From an uncultured delta proteobacterium (GTDB lineage Bacteria > Myxococcota > Myxococcia > Myxococcales > Myxococcaceae), in contig CAVYSY010000026.1 in NCBI GenBank assembly GCA_963771175.1, positions 224,001 through 288,000 on the forward strand: DNA of 64,000 nucleotides, given 5' to 3'. Under the pieces are notes generated by a model. That model saw nothing but the letters and a program-made list of their open reading frames with translations, was not told the DNA's origin and searched no databases. The first letter of the stretch is position 1. Each line of letters opens with the position of its first letter. The translations under genes and the position numbers were made by a program. Shown in pieces: positions 41,017 to 51,546 of the stretch.

Positions 41017-43395
41017 TCAGTCCACCTTCGCCGCTGACGGCTCTCCAGACCCGTGCGCCTGCCGCACCGGAAGCCACACGTGGAACGTGGCTCCCTTCTC
41101 CTGCCCGCCCTCCACCTCCAGCCGCCCGTTGTGCTTGCGGATGATGCTCAGGCTCAACGTCAACCCCAGCCCCGTCCCCGAGCCCACCGGCTTCGTCGTG
41201 AAGAACGGGTCGAATATCCGGTGCAGGATTTCCGGCGCCACCCCCTGCCCCGTATCGTGGATGCTCACGCGCACCCAGCTCCCCTCCTGCCGTGTCTGGA
41301 TGTGGAGCTCCCCGCCGCCTGGCATGCTCTGCACCCCGTTCATCAACAGGTTGAGGAACACCTGGGCCACCTGCTGCTCCAGGCACTCCACCCGCGGGAG
41401 CTCGCCATAGTCCTTCACCACCTTGATGCGGTGCTTCAGCTCCCCTTGCAGCAGCCGCAGCGCGGACTCCAGCCCCTGATGCAGGTCCACCATCTCCCAG
41501 TTCACCCCGCGCCCCATCGTCGAGAACTCCCGCAGGCTCTCCACAATCCGATTCACCCGCTGCGCCCCCTCGCGCGACTCCTGGATGATGCTGTCCAGCT
41601 CCCCGAGCTGGAAGTCGTAGTCCACCCGCGCCTTCACCTCCGCCAGCCGCCTCAGCGCCGCGTCCTCCGGGGGTAGCGACGCATTCACCTCCGCCTGCGC
41701 CACCTCCACCTGACGCGCCGCCTGCGCGAACTCGCCCATGAACTCGATGTTCGAGGCGATATAGGCCATGGGGTTGTTGATTTCGTGCGCCACGCCCGCC
41801 GCGAGCTGGCCAATCGACGCCATCTTCTCCGATTGGATGAGCTGGACCTGTGCCTCCTGGAGCTGCTGGATGAGCGACTGCTTCTCCGCGTTCTCCCTGT
41901 TCAGCGCCTCGTTGGCGCGCTCCAGCTCGTGCGTCCGGCGACGGATCCGCTCCTCCAGCTCGAGGTTGAGCTGCTCCAGGTTCACCCGCGCCTCGTGCAA
42001 CGCCTGGTTGCTCTGCCCCAGCGTCTGCCCCATGAGCACCAGCCCCTCGCCCGTGCGCTGCAGCTCCGCCACCTCGTAGCGCGGCGGCGGCTGGGTGTAC
42101 TGCCCGTCGCCAATGCGCTGCATGGTGGACTCCAGGTCCGTCAGCGGCGCGGCCAGAGCGGCGCTCAGGCCCCGGGCCTTGCCATACAGCCACAGGAAGA
42201 AGAGCAGGTAGAAGAACGCCAGGATCGCCAGCATGCCCAGGCCCACCCGGTTGAAGCGGATGTTGAGCGCATTGGCTTCGGCGAAGAGCGCCTCCTCGTC
42301 CACCACCACCATCAGCTTCCAGCCCGTCTCCTCCACCGTGGACCAGGCCACCAGCTTGCGCCGCCCGCGCAGCTCCACCGTGGTCAGGTCCGCCGGCCGC
42401 GCCGCCATCTTCTTCGCCAGCTCCTGGCTGTCCTCGCGCTTGTTCAGGTTGAAGGAGTCCGGCTTGAAGGTGTTCTGGGTAATGGCCTCCTGGTACGAGT
42501 GTGTCGTCAGCTCCTCGAGGCCCCAGTCCTCCTCGCCCGCGGGCGGCAGCGCCATGATGGTGCCGCCCTTGTCTATCAACACCCCATACCCCTCCCAGGG
42601 CAGGCGCAGCCGCAGCACCCTGTCCACGATGCGGCTCACCGTCACGTCCAGCCCCACCACCGCCTCCAGCACCTTGCCGCCCTCCAGGTACACGGGCGCG
42701 ATGGCCGAGGCCATCCACCCCTGGCCGGCGGGGTCGATGTAGACGTCCGTCCACACCACGCGCCGCTCGGGGTTGTGCGCCGCGTCCGCCTCGTAGAAGA
42801 AGTTGTAGGAGGGGATGTCCATGGCCGGGGCGTATTGGCTCGGCACGTCCATCGCGGGGTAGATGCGGTTCATGGAATCGCGGGTGTTGACGTAGGCCTG
42901 CGTCACCAGCGGCTGGGTCTCCACCAGCCCCTTCAGCAGCGGGTCGAGCTGCGAGAGCCGCAAGACCTTGGCGCGCTCGGCCTCGCCCACGCGAGTGAGG
43001 GAGGAGTAGTAGACGGAGGCTCGGCCGGGAAGCGAGCGCGTGGTGTAGAAGACGCCCTCCGGGCTCATGCCATAGCGGGCCTGCTCCTCGGCGTCCGGAG
43101 TGTAGGGCGTGGCGTAGGCATGCTCCGTCTGCCGGCGGAAGAGCTCGGTGGCCTGGCTCACCTCGGAGAGCTGCTGGGCGATGAGGGCCGAATCCCTCCC
43201 GACCGTCTCTCGGAGCTGCTCCACGGCCAGCCGCCGCGTGGCGTCGATGTTGGCATCGCGGATGAGGCGGTTGGTGCCCAGGTACGCGCCGACGAGCGCC
43301 AGCTCGATGAAGATGATGGGGATGAGCGCACTCCGCCGGTAGGAGCGCCACAGCAATTGGAGCAGCGACGGCAGCGAGGGAGGGGTGTCGTTCAT
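41017..43395 (-). CDS. Cache-domain sensor histidine kinase
   Basis: VWTDVYIDPAGQGWM (dCache), HAMP-like linker, LAAGVAHEINNP, FDPFFTTKPVGSGTGLGL. Confidence 0.93.
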   Translation of the reverse strand: MNDTPPSLPSLLQLLWRSYRRSALIPIIFIELALVGAYLGTNRLIRDANIDATRRLAVEQLRETVGRDSALIAQQLSEVSQATELFRRQTEHAYATPYTPDAEEQARYGMSPEGVFYTTRSLPGRASVYYSSLTRVGEAERAKVLRLSQLDPLLKGLVETQPLVTQAYVNTRDSMNRIYPAMDVPSQYAPAMDIPSYNFFYEADAAHNPERRVVWTDVYIDPAGQGWMASAIAPVYLEGGKVLEAVVGLDVTVSRIVDRVLRLRLPWEGYGVLIDKGGTIMALPPAGEEDWGLEELTTHSYQEAITQNTFKPDSFNLNKREDSQELAKKMAARPADLTTVELRGRRKLVAWSTVEETGWKLMVVVDEEALFAEANALNIRFNRVGLGMLAILAFFYLLFFLWLYGKARGLSAALAAPLTDLESTMQRIGDGQYTQPPPRYEVAELQRTGEGLVLMGQTLGQSNQALHEARVNLEQLNLELEERIRRRTHELERANEALNRENAEKQSLIQQLQEAQVQLIQSEKMASIGQLAAGVAHEINNPMAYIASNIEFMGEFAQAARQVEVAQAEVNASLPPEDAALRRLAEVKARVDYDFQLGELDSIIQESREGAQRVNRIVESLREFSTMGRGVNWEMVDLHQGLESALRLLQGELKHRIKVVKDYGELPRVECLEQQVAQVFLNLLMNGVQSMPGGGELHIQTRQEGSWVRVSIHDTGQGVAPEILHRIFDPFFTTKPVGSGTGLGLTLSLSIIRKHNGRLEVEGGQEKGATFHVWLPVRQAHGSGEPSAAKVD

Positions 43396-43476
43396 CGGAG
43401 GTGTCGTGTCGAGGGGCCGTCGTCACCGGATGTTACAGGACAGGCCTCTTCGAGCGGAGAGCCCCCCCTCGGCCGG

Positions 43477-43563
43477 CTATGCGGCGAGGAAGCCGCCGTC
43501 GACGGACAGCGGCGTGCCGGTGACGTAGCCCGCGCCGTCGGAGCACAGCCAGAGCACGGCTCG
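43477..43563 (-). pseudogene. C-terminal remnant of an SDR oxidoreductase
   Basis: ARAVLWLCSDGAGYVTGTPLSVDGGFLAA* is a classic SDR C-terminus with no upstream body. Confidence 0.8.
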
Positions 43564-43618
43564 GGCAGAGTGTCCGGGCACCGGATATGGCACCATCACC
43601 AGAACCCGGAGTCCGCCC

Positions 43619-44998
43619 ATGAGCGCCACGCCCTCGGTCGCACCGCCCACCGCCCCCCGCATCGCCACCGGCCCTCGCGGCCTCCCCATCATTGGAGTCA
43701 TTCGCGACGTCCGGAAGGATGTCCTGGGCTGGCTCACGCGGACGGCGGCCGAGCACGGACCCGTAGCGCAGTACCGCTTCGGCCCCGGGCGCGCCTACCT
43801 CGTGACGCACCCGGATGGGCTCAAGCACGTGCTGCAAGACCACGTGAAGAACTACACGAAGGACCACTACAGCTATGCCATGGTCCGCCGCATCATCGGC
43901 GATGGCCTGCTCACGAGCGGGGGCGAGACGTGGCTCAAGCAGCGCAGGCTCGCGCAACCGGCCTTCCACCGGGCGCGCATCTCGGCGATGGCGGAGCAGA
44001 TGGTTCGAGCGACGGCGGAGCTCTCGGAGCACTGGGCCGAGTCCCAGCGCACGGGAGAGCCACGCCATGCGACGCGGGACATGATGGCGCTCACCCTGCG
44101 CATCGTCGGCGAGGCCCTGCTCGGAACCGACGTGCGCGCGGAGACCGAGGCCGTGTCAGTGGCCTTCAACGTCCTCAGCGAACAGACGGTCGAGCGGTTC
44201 CGCTCGCTGCGTCTCATCCCTCCCGTCCTGCCCACCGCCTATGACCGGGCATTCCGCCAGGCGACCCACGCCCTGAGGGAAGTGGTGATACGGGCCATCG
44301 CGAAGCGCCGTGAGCACCTGGAGGACAAGGGAGACCTGCTGTCCATGTTCATGCTCGCGCGAGACGAGGAGACGGGCGTGCAGATGGATGATGAGCACCT
44401 GCGCAACGAGGTGCTGACGATGCTGCTCGCGGGTCATGAGACCACCGCGACCGCGCTCTCGTGGGCCTGGGCGCTGCTCGAGCAGAACCCGGACGCGGAA
44501 CGGAAGCTCCACGCGGAGCTGGATGCCGTGCTCGGCGGCCGCCTGCCCACGGCGGAGGATGTCCCGCGCCTCGTGTACACGCGCAGGGTGCTGGACGAGA
44601 CGATGCGCCTCTACCCTCCCGTCTACGTCCTGAGCCGCAAGGTCGTGGAGGACGACACGGTCTGCGGCTACCAGGTGCTCGGCGGGTCGACGGTCGACAT
44701 CAGTCCCTACGTCACGCACCGCCTGCCGGAGTTCTGGCCGGACCCCGACCGCTTCGAGCCGGATCGCTTCACGCCCGAGCAGGTCGCCGCGAGGCCGAGG
44801 TACGCGTACTACCCGTTCCTCGGAGGTCCCCGTCAGTGCATCGGCAACAACTTCGCGCTGATGGAGGGCACGCTGATCCTCGCGACGCTCGCACAGCGGC
44901 ACCGTCCGAGGATGGTGGCCGGCTACACGCCCACGCCCGAGCCGCTCATCACGCTGCGTCCGTCTGGCGAGCTCCCTGTCACGCTCACCGCGCGCTGA
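43619..44998 (+). CDS. Cytochrome P450
   Basis: LAGHETT, ETMR, FEPDRF, PFLGGPRQCIG heme motif. Confidence 0.96.
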   Translation: MSATPSVAPPTAPRIATGPRGLPIIGVIRDVRKDVLGWLTRTAAEHGPVAQYRFGPGRAYLVTHPDGLKHVLQDHVKNYTKDHYSYAMVRRIIGDGLLTSGGETWLKQRRLAQPAFHRARISAMAEQMVRATAELSEHWAESQRTGEPRHATRDMMALTLRIVGEALLGTDVRAETEAVSVAFNVLSEQTVERFRSLRLIPPVLPTAYDRAFRQATHALREVVIRAIAKRREHLEDKGDLLSMFMLARDEETGVQMDDEHLRNEVLTMLLAGHETTATALSWAWALLEQNPDAERKLHAELDAVLGGRLPTAEDVPRLVYTRRVLDETMRLYPPVYVLSRKVVEDDTVCGYQVLGGSTVDISPYVTHRLPEFWPDPDRFEPDRFTPEQVAARPRYAYYPFLGGPRQCIGNNFALMEGTLILATLAQRHRPRMVAGYTPTPEPLITLRPSGELPVTLTAR

Positions 44999-45013
44999 GC
45001 CACTGATGCGGCC

Positions 45014-45630
45014 ATGGAACGGACATGCACAGTCCGCCAGGACGCGCCCATCGTCAGCCCGTATTCCATGGACCTGGCGGATCGGCATCTGGTTCTCCAG
45101 CGGCCCACCGGCAAGGTCCTGCTGCCCGCGAGACTCCTCGCCTGGTATCCCAGGGCGGCACTGGGCTCGGGGGTGATGGAGGCGCTCATCGCCCACCGTG
45201 AGGGCCGCGTGGACGAGCGGATGCTGAAGCTTGTCCGGGTGCAGACCTCGTTCGCCATTCCCTCTCCTGCCCCTTCTGCGTCGACATGAACTCCGCCGAG
45301 TACCAGAAGGCGGGTCTGAAGCCGGAGGAACTGGAGGCGCTGCGGGGCGGCACCGACGTGGACGCGGTGGACAGCTTCTCCCAGGGGCAGCGGCTGGCCC
45401 TGCGCTACTGCAAGACCCTGTCGCGCAGCCCCATTTCCGTCCCGCCCGAGCTGGTCGCGGAGCTGAAGGCGCACTTCACCGAGCGCGAGCTGGTCGTCCT
45501 CGCGAGCACGGCGGCCCAGGTCAACTACTGGGGCCGGCTCATCCAGGGACTGGGCATTCCTCCCGCGGGATTCTCGGAGCACTGCGAGCTGCCGTCACGG
45601 CGGTCGAACAGGGTCGGGCTTGCAGAGTGA
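45014..45630 (+). CDS. Carboxymuconolactone decarboxylase/AhpD-like protein, frameshifted near 45260
   Basis: KLVRVQTSF then (shifted) SCPFCVDMN...HFTERELVVLASTAAQVNYWGR. Confidence 0.75.
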
Positions 45631-45786
45631 GGGGGGCGAGCAGCTAGCCCGCCCCCATCCCCGCTAGTGAATGAAGACGCCGTTACCGAACATGGCGTCC
45701 AACGCTCCATAGTGGGCGCTCCACGGTGGACGGCAGGGTCTCCGGCTGGACGCTCCTGAGTGGGCGTGTCCACCCGGCAGGAAGCG

Positions 45787-46641
45787 TCAGCGCTTGAACG
45801 CCACGGCGACCGCGTCGGCGAGCGGCGTCGTGGGACGACCGATGAGGCGGCGCAGGTCGCCGGAGGAGTCGTTCAGCTCGCCGCGAGAAGCGCCGACGTC
45901 GGAGTCCGCCAGCATCTCGGCGTAGGGCCCCGGCAGACCGGCCCGCGAGCACGCCCTGGTACTGCTCGGGCGGCAGGTCGTGGTAGGCGATCGGCTTGCC
46001 GGCCTGGCGCGACACCTCGGCGGCGAGCTCGGCCATGGTGAACGGCCGTCGCCGGCCAGCTCGTACACCTTGTTCTCGTGCCCCGAGCCGGTGAGCACCG
46101 CCACCGCGGCCGCCGCGTAGTCGGCCCGGGTCGCGGCCGCGATCCGGCCGTCGCCCGCGCTGCCGACGATCGCGCCGTGCTGCAGCGCCGGCGCGAGGTT
46201 CTCGGTGTAGTTCTCCGTGTACCAGCCGTTGCGGAGGAAGACGTACGGCAGGCCGGAGGCGCGGATCAGTCTCCTCGGTGGCCTTGTGCTCCGCGGCGAG
46301 CGCCATGCCGCGAGGTGTCGGCGTGCAGGATGCTGGTGTAGGCGAGCAGCCGCACGCCGGCCTTCTTCGCCGCCGCGACGACCGCGTGGTGCTGCGGCGA
46401 CCCGCTGCCCGACCTCGCTGGAGGAGATGAGCAGGATCTTCTCCGCGCCGGCGAAGGCCGGCCCGAGCGTCTCGGGCTGGTGTAGTCCGCCTGGCGGACC
46501 TGGACGCCCCGCGCGGCGAGGTCGGCGGCCTTCTCGGGGTTCCGCACGGCGGCGACGATCTGGCTGGCGGGGACCTTCTTGAGCAAGCTCCTCGATGACG
46601 AGGCGGCCGAGCTGGCCGGTGGCTCCGGTGACGACGATCAT
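45787..46641 (-). CDS. qorB: NAD(P)H:quinone oxidoreductase QorB/YtfG (NmrA-like), many frameshifts
   Basis: MIVVTGATGQLG, LLISSSEVGQR, LAYTSILHAD, FLRNGWYTEN, LIGRPTT. Confidence 0.85.
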   Translation of the reverse strand: MIVVTGATGQLGRLVIEELAQEGPRQPDRRRRAEPREGRRPRRAGRPGPPGGLHQPETLGPAFAGAEKILLISSSEVGQRVAAAPRGRRGGEEGRRAAARLHQHPARRHLAAWRSPRSTRPPRRLIRASGLPYVFLRNGWYTENYTENLAPALQHGAIVGSAGDGRIAAATRADYAAAAVAVLTGSGHENKVYELAGDGRSPWPSSPPRCRARPASRSPTTTCRPSSTRACSRAGLPGPYAEMLADSDVGASRGELNDSSGDLRRLIGRPTTPLADAVAVAFKR

Positions 46642-46703
46642 GGGTGTCACTCCTGGCGTGAAAACTGCGTTGAAACGCGGGACTGACCCGTAACGGCGCA
46701 CTA

Positions 46704-46730
46704 ACTTTTCGAAAGTACCCACCTTAAGGT
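46704..46730. promoter_or_regulatory. Two adjacent palindromes, candidate HxlR/QorR operators
   Basis: ACTTTTCGAAAGT (46704-46716) and ACCTTAAGGT (46721-46730) in the divergent spacer. Confidence 0.6.
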
Positions 46731-46741
46731 AAGCTACTGAC

Positions 46742-47179
46742 ATGACAGCGACCAAGAAGCCCAGGCACTGCGCAAGGCCATGACGAAGTGGCCGAGCAGC
46801 GGGGTGACCTGTACGCGCCCGCCTGCCCGTCACGCGGGGTCCTCGATCACGTCACCAGCCGCTGGGGCGTGCTGGTGCTGGTGGCCCTGCTGGAGGGCAC
46901 GCACCGCTTCAGCGAGCTGCGGCGCAAGGTGGCGGGCGTGAGCGAGAAGATGCTCGCCCAGACGCTGCAGGCTCTGGAGGAGGACGGCTTCGTGCTGCGC
47001 GAGGTCTATCCGGTGATTCCTCCGCGCGTGGACTACAGCCTCACCCCCATGGGCGCGAGGTCGCCGCGCACGTGGAGGCGCTCGCCGACTGGATTGAGGA
47101 GAACCTGCCCCGCATCTTCGCCGCTCGCGCCCAGCACGTCCCCAGCGCCACACAGGTGACACTCACGCCCCGGCGCTGA
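46742..47179 (+). CDS. qorR: HxlR-family redox regulator (QorR/YtfH), frameshifted
   Basis: CPSRGVLDHVTSRWG, RFSELRR, SEKMLAQTL, PPRVDYSLT; divergent from qorB. Confidence 0.85.
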
Positions 47180-47386
47180 GCACCCTCATCTCGCGAGAAC
47201 GCTTTCTCGAATCGGGCGAGCCGCACGGAATCCAACCGTGCCGCTCGCCCGCCTGTTCGCGCGGGCATGTGTGCCGTCCACGAGACAACGCACGCGCGCA
47301 TAGCGCCACGCTCCCACACTCCCCGTGCCGACGAGCCATTCCTAGTTCTACGGCCTCACGCGCAGTGCGTGCCTCGAACAAGGGGG

Positions 47387-49812
47387 ATGGCTGTGGGACT
47401 GGAACACGCGACGCTCCGAGGCATCCTGCGGCACACGGGCCCGCTCAGGAAGTGGCCGCTCGTGGCCGCCCTCTGGGTGGCGCCCGCCTGGGCCGAGCTC
47501 CCGCTCCGAAAGAAGACATTTCCCAATCTCGCCGAGAGCGCCTCCTCCCGGCACCAACTGGACTCGTCGCTGGACAATGACAGCGAGGAGGCCCCGCCCG
47601 AGTTCACCATCGGACCCTCGGCGCCCGTGGCCCCCGGCGAGCGCCGCTGGGTGCGCAAGTTCGAGCGCGCGGACCTCACCTCCTATTTCGCCGAGGGCGA
47701 GCTCGCCAAGGCCAAGGCCGCGTATGACCGGGGCCGCTACCGCACCGCGCGCCAGTTGCTGGAGACCCAGGACGCCACGCCGCCGGTGCGCTACCTCCGG
47801 GCGATGAGTGCCCTGCGCATGGGCCAGTGGCTCACGGCGGCCGAGGAGGCCGCCTGGGTCGCGCAGGCCCACCCGGCCCTGCGGGACTACTGCCACTTCG
47901 AGTCGGCGCGCGCCTACGAGCGGATGCGCAAGTGGACCGAGGCCCTCCAGCAGTACGCCGCCGCGTCTCCCGGGCGCGGCGCTACGAGGAGGCCCGCTTC
48001 GGCATGGCGTACATCCTCGAGAAGAAGAAGCAGGACTACGCCGGGGCCGTGGCGGCGCTCACGCCCATCGTCCAGACGGAGTCGCCCAAGCCCAACAACC
48101 CCGCGCAGGCCGAGGCGTGGCTGACCATCGCCCGGCTGGCGCGCTACCAGGCCGACTACAATGGCGAGCACCGGGCACTCCTGGCGGTGTGGGCGCTGCA
48201 CCCCGTCTCCAGGGAGGTCCCGCGGCCGTGAAGGGGCTGCGTGACTTGCCCGACGCGCCCAAGTGGCAGGTGGCGCGCGCCGAGACGCTGCTGTCGCTGC
48301 ACCACAACGGCGAGGCGTTGCAGCTGCTGGAGAAGCTGCTGCCGAAGATGGATGCTGCCGGACCCGCTCGCCTGCCGCGCGCACTTCGCGTACGGCACGG
48401 CCTGGCGCAAGGAGCGCAAGCACTCGCTGGCCATCCGCGCGCTGCGGCCCGTCATCGAGCAGTGCCAGGACGCCGCGCTCCGCCCTCGCGCGCTGTTCGT
48501 GCTGGGCTACTCGGAGTCGGTGGTGGAGCCGGAGTCCTCCATCGGCACCTACCTGAAGCTGGCGCAGGAGTACCCGGAGCACATGTACGCGGATGACGCG
48601 CTCTTCTACGCGGCGCACAAGGCGCTGGAGCGTGGGGAGAAGGTCGCGGCCATGGGCTACCTCGACCGGCTCATCGCCCACTACCCGACAAGCAACTTCG
48701 CGGCCGAGGCTCTCTTCCAGCGCTTCTGGGTGTACCGCGCCGAGGGCCAGCACGACGCGGCGCTCGAGGCGCTCTCCCGCATCGAGGCGCTCCAGGGAAG
48801 AGGCTCCACGCAAGAGTCGGTGCAACGCGCCCGCTACTGGCGCTCGCGCACGCTGCAGACGCTGGGCCGCATCGAGGAGGCCCACACGCTGATGGAGCGG
48901 GTGGCGGTCGAGGGGGCGTCCACGTGGTACGGGCTGCTGGCGCGCTCTCGTTTGACACACGAGGCCCCGGAGCGGGCCCGCGCCATCACCGAGCGGCTGA
49001 AGACGCCCCTGAGCCCCACCGAGGTCTGGCCGCTGGACGCGGGCAACCTCGCGGAGGAGCCGCACTTCCTCACGGGCATCGAGTTGCTGCGGCTGGAGCA
49101 CCGGGAGGCGCCCGCGGAGCTGCTCGCGGTGGACCGCCGGGGCCGCAACGAGGAGTCCATCCGCCTCCTCTTCCACATCCTCCACACCTCCGGCTACGAG
49201 CGCCATGCGCGCACCGTCGCCTGGGCCCTGCGGCGAGAGGGGCTGGCGGCGCCCACCGAGGCCGAGACGCGCCTCATCTACTCGGCGGCCTACCCGCACA
49301 GCTTCCGGAACCTGGTGGTGCGGCACAGCCGGGCGGCCCGGGTGAACCCGGACCTGATGCAGGCCCTCATCCGCGAGGAGAGCGCCTTCAACCCCAATGC
49401 GCGCTCGGCCACCGGGGCGCTGGGGCTCGCGCAGCTCATGCCACAGACGGCCTTCGCGGTGGCCCGCCAGCTCAACGTACCGCTGGCCACGTCCACGGCG
49501 CTGCTCGAACCCCACGAGAACATCCGCCTCGGCTCGGCGTACCTGGGCAGCCTGCAGCGGCGCTTCGCGGGCAACCCGGCCTACGCGGTGGCCAGCTACA
49601 ACGCCGGCCCCGGCGCGGTGGACCGCTGGTTGTCGCGCTTCCCCGATGCCGAGCTGGACGAGTGGGTGGAGCAGATTCCGATCGAGGAGACGCGCCTCTA
49701 CGTCAAGCGCGTGCTCGGCAGCGCCGCGACGTATCAACTCCTCTACGCCTCGGGACCCTTCCCCACCCTGGCCTTCGGGGAGCGAGGCTCCAATTATGCG
49801 GGCTCTCGCTGA
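47387..49812 (+). CDS. TPR-containing soluble lytic transglycosylase, about 3 frameshifts
   Basis: Helical repeats, then ALIREESAFNP, GALGLAQLMP, ASYNAGPG, ETRLYVKRV. Confidence 0.9.
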
Positions 49813-49820
49813 GCCCGCCC

Positions 49821-50626
49821 ATGTCATTCGACGAGATTCACGAGTCCAACACCCAGTTCCAAGGCGCCTGGCGCTTCTTCGCCCGGAGCAGTGTCGCAGG
49901 TGAGGTGCTCGACCTGCCCGAGGTCCGCATCGCGTCGAGCAACGTCTCCTGGTCGATGTTGAACGCGGCCTTCCTCCCCTCCCCGGTGGAGACGGAGGAG
50001 GCCCTGGAGCGGGCAGCGGCCACCGCCGCGAGCTACTTCATCCCCAAGGGGCGAGGCTGGATGCTCGCCTTGTGTGAGGACCAGGTGCCCCCGCGGCTGT
50101 GGACTCGGGCCGGGGAGCTCTTCGCCGTGCACGGGCTGAAGCTGGCCCTCGTGGCCACTGGCATGGTGGCCGAGCGATTCTCGCGCCAGCCCTCCGGCCC
50201 CTGCCGACGATGGAGATCCGCCAGACGACGGACTCGGCCGGGAGGAGCCACCTCGCGGACATCAACGCCCGCTGTTACGACATGCCGCTCGCGATGGGGC
50301 GCGAGGCCTTCGACGTGCCGGCCCTCTTCGAGGGTGACGGCAAGGGCTACGTCGGCTTCCGCCAGGAAGAGGCCGCCAGCGCCGCGGCCGTCATCCGGGT
50401 GGACGACGTGGCCTACATCTCGATGGTGGCCACCCTGCCCGCGCACCGACAGCTCGGCTGCGCCGAGGCCGTCATGCGCCGGGCGCTCGACGAGGCGAAG
50501 CGTGCCTGGGGAATCGAGCGGACGGTGCTGCACGCCACGCCGGCGGGGCTCCCCGTGTACCGCCGCATGGGCTACCGGCCCGTGACGCGCTTCCACTTCT
50601 ACATGGCCGCGCCCCCGGGCCGGTGA
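49821..50626 (+). CDS. GNAT acetyltransferase, one frameshift near 50180
   Basis: MSFDEIHESNTQF... then VATLPAHRQLGCAE, LHATPAGLPVYRRMGY. Confidence 0.85.
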
Positions 50627-50632
50627 GTCGGC

Positions 50633-51496
50633 TCAGCGGCTGGCGCCAGGCAGCGCGAGCGCCCCTTGCAGCTCGCGCAGCTTCGTCTGGATGGCGCGGG
50701 CGTTGGCGGGCCCCATGCGCAGCAGGTGCTTCTGGGCGGCGCTGGCTGCCCCAGCTCCGGGGCCGCGTAGGTGTAGTTGACCCCCGGCGTGTCCACCACC
50801 TCGAGGTCCCCCTCGGGCACCGGGGTGTCGAGCAGCTTCTGGATGGCGTTGGCCAGCGTCTGGTCGAAGCGCTGACCGGGGCGGCTGATCTCCTGGTACG
50901 CATCGTTGATGAGCGGCTTGATGGCCTTGTACGTCCGCGCACTGCCCTGCGTGTCGAGCGAGGCAAAGACGCGCGCCACGGTGTCATAGCGAGCGAAGCT
51001 CTCGGGGGCGATGACGGTGCGGCCGTCGCGCTCGACGACCTGGAAGGCCCCCTGGGGCGCCATGAACGAGAGCGCGGCGCGAGGGCTCTCCCCTCGGCGA
51101 TGTTGCCAATGGCCGAGGTGAAGCGCCGGACGAGGTCCTCGGTGGAGGCGAGCCACTTCCGCAGCTCGGGCTCGGCGGACAGCGGGTCCACGAGCTCGCG
51201 CACGCGGACGTCGCTCTGCCCCAGCGCCGGCAGGTTCGGGTCACGGGCTCGGAGGCCTCGTCGGTGGAGGGAGCCGGAGGAGCCTCGGCCACGGGCGGGG
51301 CGGCGGGCGTGGCCGGAGCGGCCGGCTCCTCGACGCCACGCAGGAAATAGACGAGGAGAATCAGGACGCCCACCGCCACGAGGACGCCGACGGCCACGAA
51401 GACGCGATTGCGCGGGGAAGCAGACGGAGGCGGAGGTGCGCCGAAGGGTTCGCCGGCGGACGTGCCTCGAGGCGGCTGCGGCTGCGGTTCGCTCAT
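50633..51496 (-). CDS. DUF3014-family membrane-anchored protein, frameshifted
   Basis: TM anchor, DLVRRF...[37 protein letters not shown]. Confidence 0.8.
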
Positions 51497-51546
51497 GACT
51501 CCTCCAGAAGGGTGTGTCGGGTGGGGGAACGACTCGCACCCCCCGA

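Noticed and set aside
43587..43622. uORF MAPSPEPGVRP overlapping the P450 start as a RiPP (biarylitide-like) precursor
   Set aside because: No Tyr/His/Trp to cross-link, no clear RBS, and no MxYxH-type peptide nearby.
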